In this document: piece after piece, positions 9,484 through 19,177 of the stretch
Layout: each line of letters begins with the position of its first letter
Numbering within the stretch: position 1 is the first letter of the stretch
Assembly: GCA_963787835.1 (NCBI GenBank)
Contig: CAWBEI010000002.1
Coordinates: 1,854,477 to 1,918,476 of the forward strand
DNA length: 64,000 nucleotides
Direction: 5' to 3'
From: Ignavibacteriota bacterium
Lineage (GTDB): Bacteria; Bacteroidota; Ignavibacteria; Palsa-1295
Notes under the pieces: generated by a model
Databases searched by the model: none
What the model was told of the DNA's origin: nothing
What the model saw: only the letters and a program-made list of their open reading frames with translations
Program-made: the position numbers and the translations under genes

Positions 9484-10677
9484 GTGCCGATCGCGCCCGA
9501 CATCGTCGCCGGCGTGGCGCGCCGGCTCGCGGAGCACGCCGGCTTCGAGCTGCCGACGTGGGTGGTCGAGGCGCGCGCCGCGGCGCGCATGGCGCGGCTC
9601 GGCATCGCGCCGGCGGAATACCTCGCGTTGATCGAGGCCGCGCGCGGCGCGAGCGAGCTCGGCCAGCTGGTCGAGGCGGTGCGCGTCGGCGAGACCCGGC
9701 TGTTTCGTCATCGCACGCAGATCGCGGCGCTCGCCGAAGCGGTCGCGCCGACCCTGCGCGGGCGCGCGCGGGTGAGCGTGTGGAGCGCGGGCTGCGCGGC
9801 GGGCGAAGAGGTCGCGACGCTCGCGGCCGTGTTGTCGGCGGAGCTGCCCGAGTGCGCGCTGTCGATCATCGGGACCGATGTCAGCGCGGACGCGATTGCG
9901 GCGGCGCGCGCGGGGACATTTCCCGCCGAGGGGCTCGCGCAGATCCCCGAGCCATGGCGCGCGCGCTTCGTGCGCGATGGCGACCGCCGCGTCCGGCTCG
10001 AGCCCGAGCTCGCGGCGTGCGTGACGTTCGAGCGCGCGAACCTGCTGGATGCACCGCCGGGCGGTGGCTTCGACATCGTGTGGTGTCGCAACGTGCTGAT
10101 CTATTTTGGCGCGGCCGCGAAGCGACGCGTGATCGAGCGCCTGGTCGGGGCGGCGGCAGTCGGCGGGGTCGTGTTCGTCGGATACAGCGAGTCGCTGCGC
10201 GAGGTCGCGGAGCTGGATGCACAGCGCCATGGCGAGGCGGTCTATTACGTCAAGCGCGCGCGCGCGACGGCGACGCCGACGCCCACGATCCGAGCGACGC
10301 CGGTGGCAGGAGTGCCGATCACGGCCGCCGCGGCGCCGGCGACATCGCCGGCAATGTCGACATCGACATCGCCGTCGACATCGACATCGACATCGACATC
10401 GACCTCGATGTCGACCTCGGCAGAGACGATCGCGCTCGCCGGTCATCCAGATGCCGACGAATTGGCCGAAGCGCTCGGTGCGATGCTCGCGAGCCACGCC
10501 TTGCGCGCGCTCGCGATCGATCTCGACGGCGCCGATCTCCTCGGCGACGAGCTCGCGCCCGTGCTCCGGCGCGCGTGCGCCGCGTTGCGTGCGGCCGGCG
10601 TCGTCGTCGAGCTGCGCGCCACGCGATCCGGGGCGCGCCGCTGGCTGTCGCGCCACAACCTGGAGCCCACGACATGA
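9484..10677 (+). CDS. cheR: CheR methyltransferase with Ser/Thr linker and C-terminal STAS-like domain
   Basis: VRVGETRLFR, VWSAGCAAGEE, GTDVS, FDIVWCRNVLIYF, VGYSESL; tail LAIDLDGADLLGD resembles STAS. Confidence 0.88.
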   Translation: MPIAPDIVAGVARRLAEHAGFELPTWVVEARAAARMARLGIAPAEYLALIEAARGASELGQLVEAVRVGETRLFRHRTQIAALAEAVAPTLRGRARVSVWSAGCAAGEEVATLAAVLSAELPECALSIIGTDVSADAIAAARAGTFPAEGLAQIPEPWRARFVRDGDRRVRLEPELAACVTFERANLLDAPPGGGFDIVWCRNVLIYFGAAAKRRVIERLVGAAAVGGVVFVGYSESLREVAELDAQRHGEAVYYVKRARATATPTPTIRATPVAGVPITAAAAPATSPAMSTSTSPSTSTSTSTSTSMSTSAETIALAGHPDADELAEALGAMLASHALRALAIDLDGADLLGDELAPVLRRACAALRAAGVVVELRATRSGARRWLSRHNLEPTT

Positions 10678-13376
10678 CCGTGTGGGACCACTACGTCGAG
10701 CACGCGTCGCACGACGTGCAGATCCTCGCGACCACCGCCGTCGAGGCGGCCGGCGCGAGCGGCCTCGCGCACGTCGCGTTCCGGCTCGGCCTGTCGAGCC
10801 TGCTGATCGGCGCGGACGATGTCGCCGAGCTCGCGCTCGCCGCCGAGCGTGCGCTCGATGCGCTCGCAGATGGGCGCGCGCCCGGAGCTGCCGCGGCGAT
10901 CGCGGCCGCGCTCGCGACCTTGCGCGACGCCGTCGTCCAGCTCGCGAACCCCGACAAGTCCGGCGCGCGCGTCGAGAACCTGCCGCTCGCCGAACGCCGC
11001 GCGTCGCTCGTGGCGATCGCGGGCGCGGTCACCGCCCCGGTCGATCATGCGCCGAGCGCCGCGCCGGTCGCGCACGCCGCCGCGATCGGCAGCGCGAGCG
11101 GCGGCGCCTTCGCGTGGACGCCGACCGTCGACGACGACATGGTCGATCTGTTCTTCGACGAGGCCACCGAGCGCGTCGAGGCGCTCGCCGGGAAGTTGAT
11201 CGACATCGAGCGCCGGCCCGACGACATCGAGGTCCTCAAAGATGTCTTCCGCGATCTGCACACGGTCAAGGGCAGCTCGGCGATGGTCGGCCTCGCGCCG
11301 GTCAACTCGCTCGCGCACGCCGCCGAGGATCTCGTCGGTCAGATCCGCGACGCGGGGCGCGTCGTCGACGGCGCCGTGATCGACGCGCTGCTCGCGGCGC
11401 TCGATGGCCTGCGCGACATGCTCGCCCAAGCGCGCGCGCGCGCGCCGGTCACGTTCGATCCGAGCAGCGTGATCGCGCGGCTGCGCAACCCCGCGGCGGC
11501 GATCGTCGCGACGCCCGCGGCGGCGCCGGCCGCGCACGGTGATCACGCGGCATCCGCGTTGCCACCGGCGCCGCGGCCCTCGAGCTCGGCCGCCGCCGAG
11601 GCGCGACAGACCATCCGCGTCGACTTCGACAAGCTCGATCACCTGCTCAACCTCGTCGGCGAGCTCGTGCTCGGCCGCGAAGATCTGCGCGGCGCGGTCA
11701 CCGCGTTGACCTCGGTCACGAGCGAGCTCGCGGCCGATCGCGGCGTCGCGCGCAGGGTCGGCGCGGTGCGCGCGGCCTCCGGCGCGGCCCAGGCGCGCGG
11801 CCTCGACGTGCTCGGCGAGGAGATCCATCGCGTCGAGCGCGTGCTCGCCGATGTCACGGGCGATCTCGATCGCGGCACCGATCGCCTCGACGCGATCTCC
11901 GACGAGCTGCGCCAGCAGGTCATGCGCCTGCGCATGGTCCCGGTCGGCGGTGTGTTCCGCAAGCACGTGCGCACCGTGCGCGATCTCGCGGCGACGCTCG
12001 GCAAGCGCGCGCGGCTCGAGCTCGTCGGCGACGACACCGAGCTCGACAAGCTGCTCGTGGAGGCGCTCGACGAGCCGCTCATGCACCTCGTGCGCAACGC
12101 GATCGATCACGGCCTCGAGTCGCCCGACGCGCGCGCCGCCGCGGGCAAGCCCGCCGAGGGCAGTATCCGGCTCGCCGCCGCGCATCGCGGCAACCAGGTC
12201 GAGATCCGCGTCAGCGACGACGGCCGCGGCCTCGATGCCAACAAGCTGCGCGCGAAAGCGGTCGAGCGCCGCATCTTGACCGCCGCCGAGGCCGAAGCGC
12301 TCGACGAGCGTGGCGCGCGCGAGCTGATCTTTCGCGCCGGGTTCTCTACCGCGGCGCAGGTCAGCGAAGTCTCGGGACGCGGCGTCGGCCTCGACGCGGT
12401 CCGCCAGACGATCGTGACCAAGCTCAAAGGCACGATCGAGATCGAATCCACCCCCGGCCAAGGCAGCGCATTCGTGCTCGAGCTCCCTCTCACGCTCGCC
12501 ATCATCCAGGTCATCGTCGCGCGCGCGAGCGGCGAGACCTTCGCGATCCCGCTCGACGTCGTGCAGCGCGTGATCGCGATCGCGTCGACCGATGTCGCGC
12601 GCATCGGCGACCGCGAGGTCGTCGTCGTGCGCGGCACGCATGTCCCGCTGGTGCGGCTCGATCACACGCTCGGCCTCGCGCACGGCGGCGACGGCGCGGA
12701 GCTGCAGCTGATCCTGGTCGAGCACGGCGCGCAGACGTACGCGCTCGCGTTCGACCAGCTGCTCGGCAAGCGCGAGATCGTGATCAAGTCGCTCGGCCCG
12801 CTGCTCGTCGGCGCGCGCTGCGTCGCGGGCGCGACCCTGCTCGGCGATCGCGTCGCGCTGATCCTGGATGTGCCCGCGATCGTGCGGCGCGCGTTGCAGC
12901 AGGGCGCCGCGCCGGCGCGCAGCGCGGTCGTGCCGCACCGAGAAGAGGAGGGCAAGGGCCGGGCGAGGGGCGCCGGCGCCGGCGTGACGGCGACGCACGT
13001 GCTGCTGGTCGAGGACAGCGACATCATCCGCGAAGCGTTGCGCCGCTTGCTCGCCGATGCCGGCTACCTCGTGACGACCGCGGTGGATGGTCTGCACGGC
13101 CTCGAGATCGCGCGCACGCGCCGCTTCGACCTCGTGTCGACCGACGTCGTGATGCCGCGCATGGATGGTTACGAGCTGACGCGCGCGCTGCGCGCGACGC
13201 CGGAGTACGCCGACGTGCCGATCGTGATGGTCACGAGCAAGGGCGAGCGCATCGATCGCGTGCGCGGCTTCGACGCCGGCGTCGACGAGTACATCACCAA
13301 GCCGCACGATCGCCAGCTGCTGCTGCGCGCGGTGCGCAAGCTGCTCGGCCACGCGCACCCCGAGGATCCGGCGTGA
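10674..13376 (+). CDS. cheA: Hybrid CheA (degenerate Hpt, Hpt, dimer, HATPase, CheW, REC)
   Basis: FRDLHTVKGSS, HLVRNAIDHGLE, SDDGRG, GFSTAAQVSEVSGRGVGLD, LPLTLAII, C-terminal receiver (LVEDS...TDVVMP...ITKP); ATG overlaps the cheR stop. Confidence 0.95.
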   Translation: MTVWDHYVEHASHDVQILATTAVEAAGASGLAHVAFRLGLSSLLIGADDVAELALAAERALDALADGRAPGAAAAIAAALATLRDAVVQLANPDKSGARVENLPLAERRASLVAIAGAVTAPVDHAPSAAPVAHAAAIGSASGGAFAWTPTVDDDMVDLFFDEATERVEALAGKLIDIERRPDDIEVLKDVFRDLHTVKGSSAMVGLAPVNSLAHAAEDLVGQIRDAGRVVDGAVIDALLAALDGLRDMLAQARARAPVTFDPSSVIARLRNPAAAIVATPAAAPAAHGDHAASALPPAPRPSSSAAAEARQTIRVDFDKLDHLLNLVGELVLGREDLRGAVTALTSVTSELAADRGVARRVGAVRAASGAAQARGLDVLGEEIHRVERVLADVTGDLDRGTDRLDAISDELRQQVMRLRMVPVGGVFRKHVRTVRDLAATLGKRARLELVGDDTELDKLLVEALDEPLMHLVRNAIDHGLESPDARAAAGKPAEGSIRLAAAHRGNQVEIRVSDDGRGLDANKLRAKAVERRILTAAEAEALDERGARELIFRAGFSTAAQVSEVSGRGVGLDAVRQTIVTKLKGTIEIESTPGQGSAFVLELPLTLAIIQVIVARASGETFAIPLDVVQRVIAIASTDVARIGDREVVVVRGTHVPLVRLDHTLGLAHGGDGAELQLILVEHGAQTYALAFDQLLGKREIVIKSLGPLLVGARCVAGATLLGDRVALILDVPAIVRRALQQGAAPARSAVVPHREEEGKGRARGAGAGVTATHVLLVEDSDIIREALRRLLADAGYLVTTAVDGLHGLEIARTRRFDLVSTDVVMPRMDGYELTRALRATPEYADVPIVMVTSKGERIDRVRGFDAGVDEYITKPHDRQLLLRAVRKLLGHAHPEDPA

Positions 13377-13416
13377 ACGTCGTCATCGTCCCCCTCGACG
13401 CCGAAGGCGGAGAACC

Positions 13417-15180
13417 ATGAACGTCGTCATCGTCTCCGACGAGCCGGTCCTCGCCGAGCTCGCGCGCCGGCCGCTCGAGCCGCTCGGTCACGCCGTCGTC
13501 GCGTTGAGCTCGGCCGCCGAGCTCGAAGCGCGTCTCGCCGAGCTCGCGCCGCGCGCCGCGTTGCTCGCGCGCCGGTTGCCCGATCGCAGCTTGCGCGACG
13601 CGATCGCGATCCTGCGCCGCTACGAGATGGAGCCGATCGCCGCGATCGTCGTCGGCACGGCCGCGGATCGCGCGCTCGCTCGCGCGGTCGCCGCCGATGG
13701 CTTCTTGCAGGTGCCGTTCTCCGATGCCGAGGTGCTCGACATCGTCGGCGCGACCACGCGCGCGCGCCGCCTCGTGTTGCTCGCCGACGACTCGCCGATG
13801 ATCCACCGCTACACCGTGCCGATCCTCGAAGACGATGGCTTCGACGTGATCTCCGCGCACGACGGCGCCGAGGCGATCGCGCTCGCGCGCCAGCACTCGC
13901 CCGATCTCGTGATCACCGATGTCGAGATGCCGAAGCTCGATGGCTACGGCGTGTGCAAGGCGATCAAGGGCGATCCGGCCACCGCGCACGTGCCGGTGAT
14001 GATCTGCAGCTCGCTCGGCGAGGCGACCGACCTCGAGCGCGGCTTCGACGCGGGCGCCGATGACTATCTGGTCAAGCCGGTGTTGCCCGAAGAGCTGTCG
14101 ACGCGCGTGCGCGCGCTCGTGCAGGGCTCGTTGCCCGCGTCGCGCGAGAAGGTCCTGGTCGTCGATGACTCGCCCGCGCAGCGCCACTACGTCGCGGACT
14201 GTCTCGCGCGCCAGGGCTTCGAGGTCGCGACCGCCGAGGACGGCAAGCAGGCGCTCGCGAAGGCGCAGGCGTGGCGGCCGGCGCTCGTCGTGTCGGACTA
14301 CGAGATGCCGGTGATGACCGGCTTCGAGCTCGTGCACGCGCTGCGCAAGGATCGCGAGCTGCGCCAGATCCCCGTGATCATGCTGACCGCGCGCGACAGC
14401 AAGCGCGACATGGCGCAGATGCGCGCGGCGGGCGCGACCGGCTACCTCGTGAAGCCGTTCTCGCAGGACAAGTGCGTCGCGATGGTCGAGCGCACGCTCG
14501 CCGAGCGCCGGTTGCTCGCGTACAAGGAGGCGTCGGCGCTGTTCATCTCGGCGGGCGCACGCGCCGCGGCCGAAGAGCGCGCGTCGACCGGCGATGCGCT
14601 CGCGGTGCGCGCCGACGAACGCACGCTGTCGGTGATGTTCTCCGATCTCGTCGGCTTCACGCCGATGTCCGCGACGCTCACGCCGTATCAATTGATCGCG
14701 CTGCTCAACGACTACTTCGACGTGATGTGCCCGATCGTCAAGCAGTACGGCGGCGACATCGACAAGTTCATCGGCGACGCGATCATGGCGATCTTCGACG
14801 AGGTGCGCGGCCAAGCTCCCGCGCCCGAGCGCGCGGTTCGCGCCGGCCTCGCGATGCAGCGCGCGATGGCGAGCTTCAACGACAACCGCACGATCAAGCT
14901 CGCGATGCGCATCGGCATCAACACCGGCCCGGTGATCCGCGGCGATCTCGGCTCGCGCGTCGTGCGCCGCGACTACACCGTCATCGGCGATACCGTCAAT
15001 CAAGCGAACCGCTACGAGGCCAAGTGTCCGGTCGGCGGCGTGCTCGTGTCGCGCAGCACGCGCGAGGCCCTCGGGACACGCGCGCGCGCGACCGCGATGG
15101 AGGGGTTGCAGCTCAAGGGCGTCAACGTACCGGTCACCGGCTACGTCATCGACGGCCTCGCCGAGGAGGTGCAAGCGTGA
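13417..15180 (+). CDS. Triple-receiver class III adenylate/guanylate cyclase
   Basis: Pseudo-REC plus two canonical RECs (DVEMP, DYEMP); cyclase motifs MFSDLVGFT, DKFIGDAIMA, RIGINTG, DYTVIGDTVNQANRYE. Confidence 0.92.
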   Translation: MNVVIVSDEPVLAELARRPLEPLGHAVVALSSAAELEARLAELAPRAALLARRLPDRSLRDAIAILRRYEMEPIAAIVVGTAADRALARAVAADGFLQVPFSDAEVLDIVGATTRARRLVLLADDSPMIHRYTVPILEDDGFDVISAHDGAEAIALARQHSPDLVITDVEMPKLDGYGVCKAIKGDPATAHVPVMICSSLGEATDLERGFDAGADDYLVKPVLPEELSTRVRALVQGSLPASREKVLVVDDSPAQRHYVADCLARQGFEVATAEDGKQALAKAQAWRPALVVSDYEMPVMTGFELVHALRKDRELRQIPVIMLTARDSKRDMAQMRAAGATGYLVKPFSQDKCVAMVERTLAERRLLAYKEASALFISAGARAAAEERASTGDALAVRADERTLSVMFSDLVGFTPMSATLTPYQLIALLNDYFDVMCPIVKQYGGDIDKFIGDAIMAIFDEVRGQAPAPERAVRAGLAMQRAMASFNDNRTIKLAMRIGINTGPVIRGDLGSRVVRRDYTVIGDTVNQANRYEAKCPVGGVLVSRSTREALGTRARATAMEGLQLKGVNVPVTGYVIDGLAEEVQA

Positions 15181-16268
15181 CCACCATGCAACCCGGCGCG
15201 GTGAAGCGCATCCGCGTGCTCATCGTCGACGACTCGCTGTTCATGCGCGCGGCGATCGCGAAGACGCTCGCGGCCGGGCCGTTCGACGTCGTCGGTCAGG
15301 CGAAGGATGGCAAGGGCGCGCTCGAGCTCGTCGGCAAGCTGTTGCCCGACGTGATCACCATGGACTTCAACATGCCCGGCATGAACGGCGCCGAGACCGT
15401 GCGCGCGCTGATGCAGCTACATCCGACGCCGGTCGTGATGTTCTCCGCGCACACGACGCAGGGCGCGCGCGAGACGTTCGACGCGCTCGCGGCGGGCGCG
15501 GTCGAGTTCGTCGCGAAGCCGTCGGGCGAGGTGTCGGTCGATCTATCGAAGATCGCGGAGGAGCTCGTGCGCAAGGTGATCGCGGCGGCGAGCGCGAAGC
15601 CGCGCGCGGCGAAGCCGTTGCCGTCGGCGAGCGCGTCGACCTCGATGACGCGGTCGAGCTCGCCCGGCTTCGCGATCCCGGTCCCGATCTCGCGCACGAC
15701 CTTGTCCGGCGGCTTGCCGAGGCTCGCGGTGATCGCGGTGTCGACCGGCGGTCCGGCCGCGCTGTCGGAGGTCATCCCCGCGCTGCCGAAAGATCTGCGC
15801 TGCGCGATGATCGTCGTGCAGCACATGCCCGCGCACTTCACGAGCGCGCTGGCCGAGCGGCTCGACGCCGCGAGCGCGGTGCGCGTGCGCGAGGCCGCCG
15901 ACGGCGATCGCCCGATGCCGGGCGTCGTGCTGATCGCGCCCGGCGATCGCCACCTCGAGCTCGACGAGCGCGGCCTCGTGATGCTGAGCGACGGTCCGCT
16001 CGTCAACGGCTGCCGTCCCGCGGCCGACGTCACGATGATCTCCGCGGCTGCGATCTACGGCCGCCGCGCCGCGGGCGTCGTCATGACCGGGATGGGCAAG
16101 GACGGCGCCGCCGGCGCGCTCGCGATCAAGCACGTCGAGGGCCGCACCGCCGCGCAGGACGCGGCGACCAGCGTGATCTACGGCATGCCGAAAGCCGCGC
16201 TCGACGCGGGCGCGATCGACGATGTCGTCGCGCTCGGCGATCTGCCGGGCTGGTTGAAGTCGATCTGA
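15177..16268 (+). CDS. cheB: Chemotaxis methylesterase CheB (REC + esterase)
   Basis: VLIVDDS, STGGP, VQHMP, RPAAD, GVVMTGMGKDGA, IYGMP. Confidence 0.95.
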   Translation: MTTMQPGAVKRIRVLIVDDSLFMRAAIAKTLAAGPFDVVGQAKDGKGALELVGKLLPDVITMDFNMPGMNGAETVRALMQLHPTPVVMFSAHTTQGARETFDALAAGAVEFVAKPSGEVSVDLSKIAEELVRKVIAAASAKPRAAKPLPSASASTSMTRSSSPGFAIPVPISRTTLSGGLPRLAVIAVSTGGPAALSEVIPALPKDLRCAMIVVQHMPAHFTSALAERLDAASAVRVREAADGDRPMPGVVLIAPGDRHLELDERGLVMLSDGPLVNGCRPAADVTMISAAAIYGRRAAGVVMTGMGKDGAAGALAIKHVEGRTAAQDAATSVIYGMPKAALDAGAIDDVVALGDLPGWLKSI

Positions 16269-16300
16269 TCCAGGCGCGGGAAACGCGCTACGCTCGAGAC

Positions 16301-17482
16301 ATGCGCCGTGCGCTGTTGCTCCTCGTCGCCACGCTGTCGGCTTGCGGCCGGAGCGCGCCGCCGGATGACACCGTCTACGTCACGATCGGCGCCGACGCGG
16401 CCGCCGCGGCGACCGCGCTGACCGGCGCGCACGCCGCGCTGGTGGAGCGCGATGGCGAGGTCGCGCTGCTCGAGCTCGATGCGTCGCGGCTCGGCGCGCT
16501 GTCCGAGCTGATGCACGATCGCTTCGCGCGCTGCGGCGGCTTCGTGCTGCACGACTCGCTCGACGACGCGCGGGCGGCGCTCCACGTCGCGGCCACGCCG
16601 CGGCCGACGCCGGACTACACGCTCGATCGCGGCGAGCTCGTGCGCGCGGTGTTGCCGCAGCTCGATGCGTCGCGCATCCGCGACACGATCGTCGAGCTGT
16701 CGGCGATGAAGAATCGCTACTACGAGTCGCCGTCGGGCGCGGCCGCGTCGACCTGGCTCGCCGCGCGCTGGCGCGCGCTGGCGACCCGCGCCGATGTCAC
16801 GATCGAGCTCGTCGATCACGGCTGGGCGCAGAAATCGGTCGTGATGACCATCCCCGGCACCACGCGCGCGAACGAGGTCGTCGTGATCGGCGGCCACCTC
16901 GACTCGATCGCGATCGGCGGCGTCGCGAGCGTCGCGCCCGGCGCGGACGACGACGCCTCGGGCATCGCCACGCTGACCGAGGTCGCGCGCGTCGTGCTCG
17001 CGAGCGATGTCCGGCCGGAGCGCACGATCAAGTTCATGGCCTACGCGGCCGAAGAGGTCGGCCTGCGCGGCTCGCAGGCGATCGTGCGCGATTATCAGAA
17101 GCGGCAGATCGACGTCGTCGGCGCGCTGCAGCTCGACATGACGAACTACCAGGGCTCCGAGAAAGACATCTGGCTGATGAAGGACTTCACCAGCGCCGCG
17201 CAGAACGCGTTCTTGATCCAGCTGATCGACACGTACGTCGGCGCGACCTGGGGCCAGGACGCGTGCGGCTACGGCTGCTCGGATCACGCGTCGTGGTATC
17301 GCGCCGGCGTGCCGGCTTCGATGCCGTTCGAGTCGCGGTTCCGCGATCACAACAAGCGCATTCACTCGCGCAACGACACCCTCGAGGCGAGCGACACCAA
17401 CGCCGCGCACGCGCTCAAGTTCGCGCGGCTGGCGGCGGCGTACGCGATCGAGCTCGGCAAGGCCGACGCTCCCGAGATCTGA
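16301..17482 (+). CDS. M28 family leucyl aminopeptidase (lipoprotein signal)
   Basis: GGHLDSI, APGADDDASG, YAAEEVGLRGS, LDMT, CGYGCSDHASW; lipobox LSAC. Confidence 0.92.
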   Translation: MRRALLLLVATLSACGRSAPPDDTVYVTIGADAAAAATALTGAHAALVERDGEVALLELDASRLGALSELMHDRFARCGGFVLHDSLDDARAALHVAATPRPTPDYTLDRGELVRAVLPQLDASRIRDTIVELSAMKNRYYESPSGAAASTWLAARWRALATRADVTIELVDHGWAQKSVVMTIPGTTRANEVVVIGGHLDSIAIGGVASVAPGADDDASGIATLTEVARVVLASDVRPERTIKFMAYAAEEVGLRGSQAIVRDYQKRQIDVVGALQLDMTNYQGSEKDIWLMKDFTSAAQNAFLIQLIDTYVGATWGQDACGYGCSDHASWYRAGVPASMPFESRFRDHNKRIHSRNDTLEASDTNAAHALKFARLAAAYAIELGKADAPEI

Positions 17483-17530
17483 GCGCGTCGCGGTATAGAT
17501 CGATGCGCTCGCCGCTGCGTAGGATGCAGC

Positions 17531-17875
17531 GTGACCACCTCGCCGCTTCTCCGACTCGCCGCGATCCTTGCCGTGTCCGCGTGCGCCTCGACGCCGTCGC
17601 CGACCGCGTCCGCCCCGCCAGCCTCGAGCGCGCCCGCCCCGAGCAGCGCGCCGGCCGCCGCGCCCGAGCCCGGCGGCCCCGAGGTCCCCGACATGGCCGC
17701 GTTCCAGGCGTTCATCGCCAAGCACCCGACGATGGCCGCGTTCCACGCCGCGTATCCCAAGGTCCAGCTCGTCGAGCCGGGCATGATCACGACCGACGAG
17801 ATGCGCGCGTGTTGCGGCCGCTACTTCGCGACCTACGACGACAAGGGCAACATCACCGGCGGTTCGTTCCACTGA
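17531..17875 (+). CDS. Small hypothetical lipoprotein
   Basis: Lipobox VSAC, Pro/Ala linker, GC3-rich codon usage. Confidence 0.65.
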   Translation: MTTSPLLRLAAILAVSACASTPSPTASAPPASSAPAPSSAPAAAPEPGGPEVPDMAAFQAFIAKHPTMAAFHAAYPKVQLVEPGMITTDEMRACCGRYFATYDDKGNITGGSFH

Positions 17876-17888
17876 TACGCTCGCGCGC

Positions 17889-19130
17889 ATGACGACGTTC
17901 GTCCTCGGCGGCGCGCACAGCGACTTCGCGCGGCACCTCGCGCGCGAAGGTCACGAGCTCGCGGATCTCACCGGCGAGCTGGTCGACGCGGCGCTCGCCG
18001 ATGCCGCGATCGACGCGCACGACGTCGGCACGATCCACGTCGGCAACGCGTTCGGCGAGATGTTCACCGGCCAAGGCCACCTCGGCGCGATGCCGGCGAC
18101 CGTACGGCCGGCGCTGTGGGGCGTGCCCGCCGCGCGCCACGAAGGCGCGTGTGCATCCGGCTCGGTCGCGATCCTCGCCGCCGCCGCCGAGCTCGAAGCC
18201 GGGCGCTACGATTGCGCGCTCGTGCTCGGCGTCGAGCAGGAGCGCAACGTGAGCAGCGCGGTGTGCGCGCAGCACCTCGCGGGCGCGGCGTGGGTCGGGC
18301 ACGAAGGCGCCGAGGCCGACGCCGCGACGTATCTGTGGCCGCATCAGTTCGCGCGCGTCGGTGCGCTGTACGCGGAGACGTACGGCCTCGATCGCCGTCA
18401 TCTGCGCGCGCTCTCCGCACAGGCGTTCGCCCACGCGCGCGGCAATCCGCTCGCGCAGACGCGCAGCTGGACCGTGGATGCCACCACGCTCGGCGACGAC
18501 GACGCGACGAACGCGGTCGTCGAGCGCGCGGGAGGCTTCGCGCTGCGGCGCAGCGATTGCGCGCAGGTCACCGATGGCGGCGCCGCGATCGTGCTCGCGT
18601 CGGCGCGGTTCGCCGAGCGCTGGGCCGCGCGCCGCGGGCGCACGCTCGTTGACGTGCCGCGGCTGCTCGGCTGGGGCCATCGCACCGTCGGGTTGTCGCT
18701 CGACAGCAAGCTCGCGCGCCGCGCACCGGGCGAGCTGCTGTTCCCGCACATCGCCGATGCGATGGCCGACGCACGCCGCCGCGCGGACGTCGCGCGCGAG
18801 GCGATCGACGGCTACGAAGTGCACGATTGCTTCACGACGACCGCGTACATGGCGATCGATCACCTCGGCCTGACCGCGCCCGGCCGCGCGTGGGAGGCGA
18901 TCGAGGACGGTCGCCTCGCGCGCACCGGCGCGTCGCCGCTCAACCCGAGCGGCGGGCTCGTCGGCGTCGGTCATCCGGTCGGCGCGACCGGCGTGCGCAT
19001 GGTCCACGATGCCGCGCGCCAGGTCAGCGGCCGCGCGGGCGCCTGCCAGGTCGAGGGCGCGCGCCGGTTCGCCACGCTGAACCTCGGCGGTAGCGCGTCC
19101 ACCGTCGTCGCCTTCGTCGTGGGCATCTAG
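17889..19130 (+). CDS. SCP2-type thiolase / acetyl-CoA acetyltransferase
   Basis: EGACASGS, TDGGAA, EVHDCF, NPSGGL..GHPVGATGVR. Confidence 0.9.
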   Translation: MTTFVLGGAHSDFARHLAREGHELADLTGELVDAALADAAIDAHDVGTIHVGNAFGEMFTGQGHLGAMPATVRPALWGVPAARHEGACASGSVAILAAAAELEAGRYDCALVLGVEQERNVSSAVCAQHLAGAAWVGHEGAEADAATYLWPHQFARVGALYAETYGLDRRHLRALSAQAFAHARGNPLAQTRSWTVDATTLGDDDATNAVVERAGGFALRRSDCAQVTDGGAAIVLASARFAERWAARRGRTLVDVPRLLGWGHRTVGLSLDSKLARRAPGELLFPHIADAMADARRRADVAREAIDGYEVHDCFTTTAYMAIDHLGLTAPGRAWEAIEDGRLARTGASPLNPSGGLVGVGHPVGATGVRMVHDAARQVSGRAGACQVEGARRFATLNLGGSASTVVAFVVGI

Positions 19131-19177
19131 CGCACGCGTTCGTCCGGGCCGCCGAGATCGCGCGTACGCTTGTCGTC

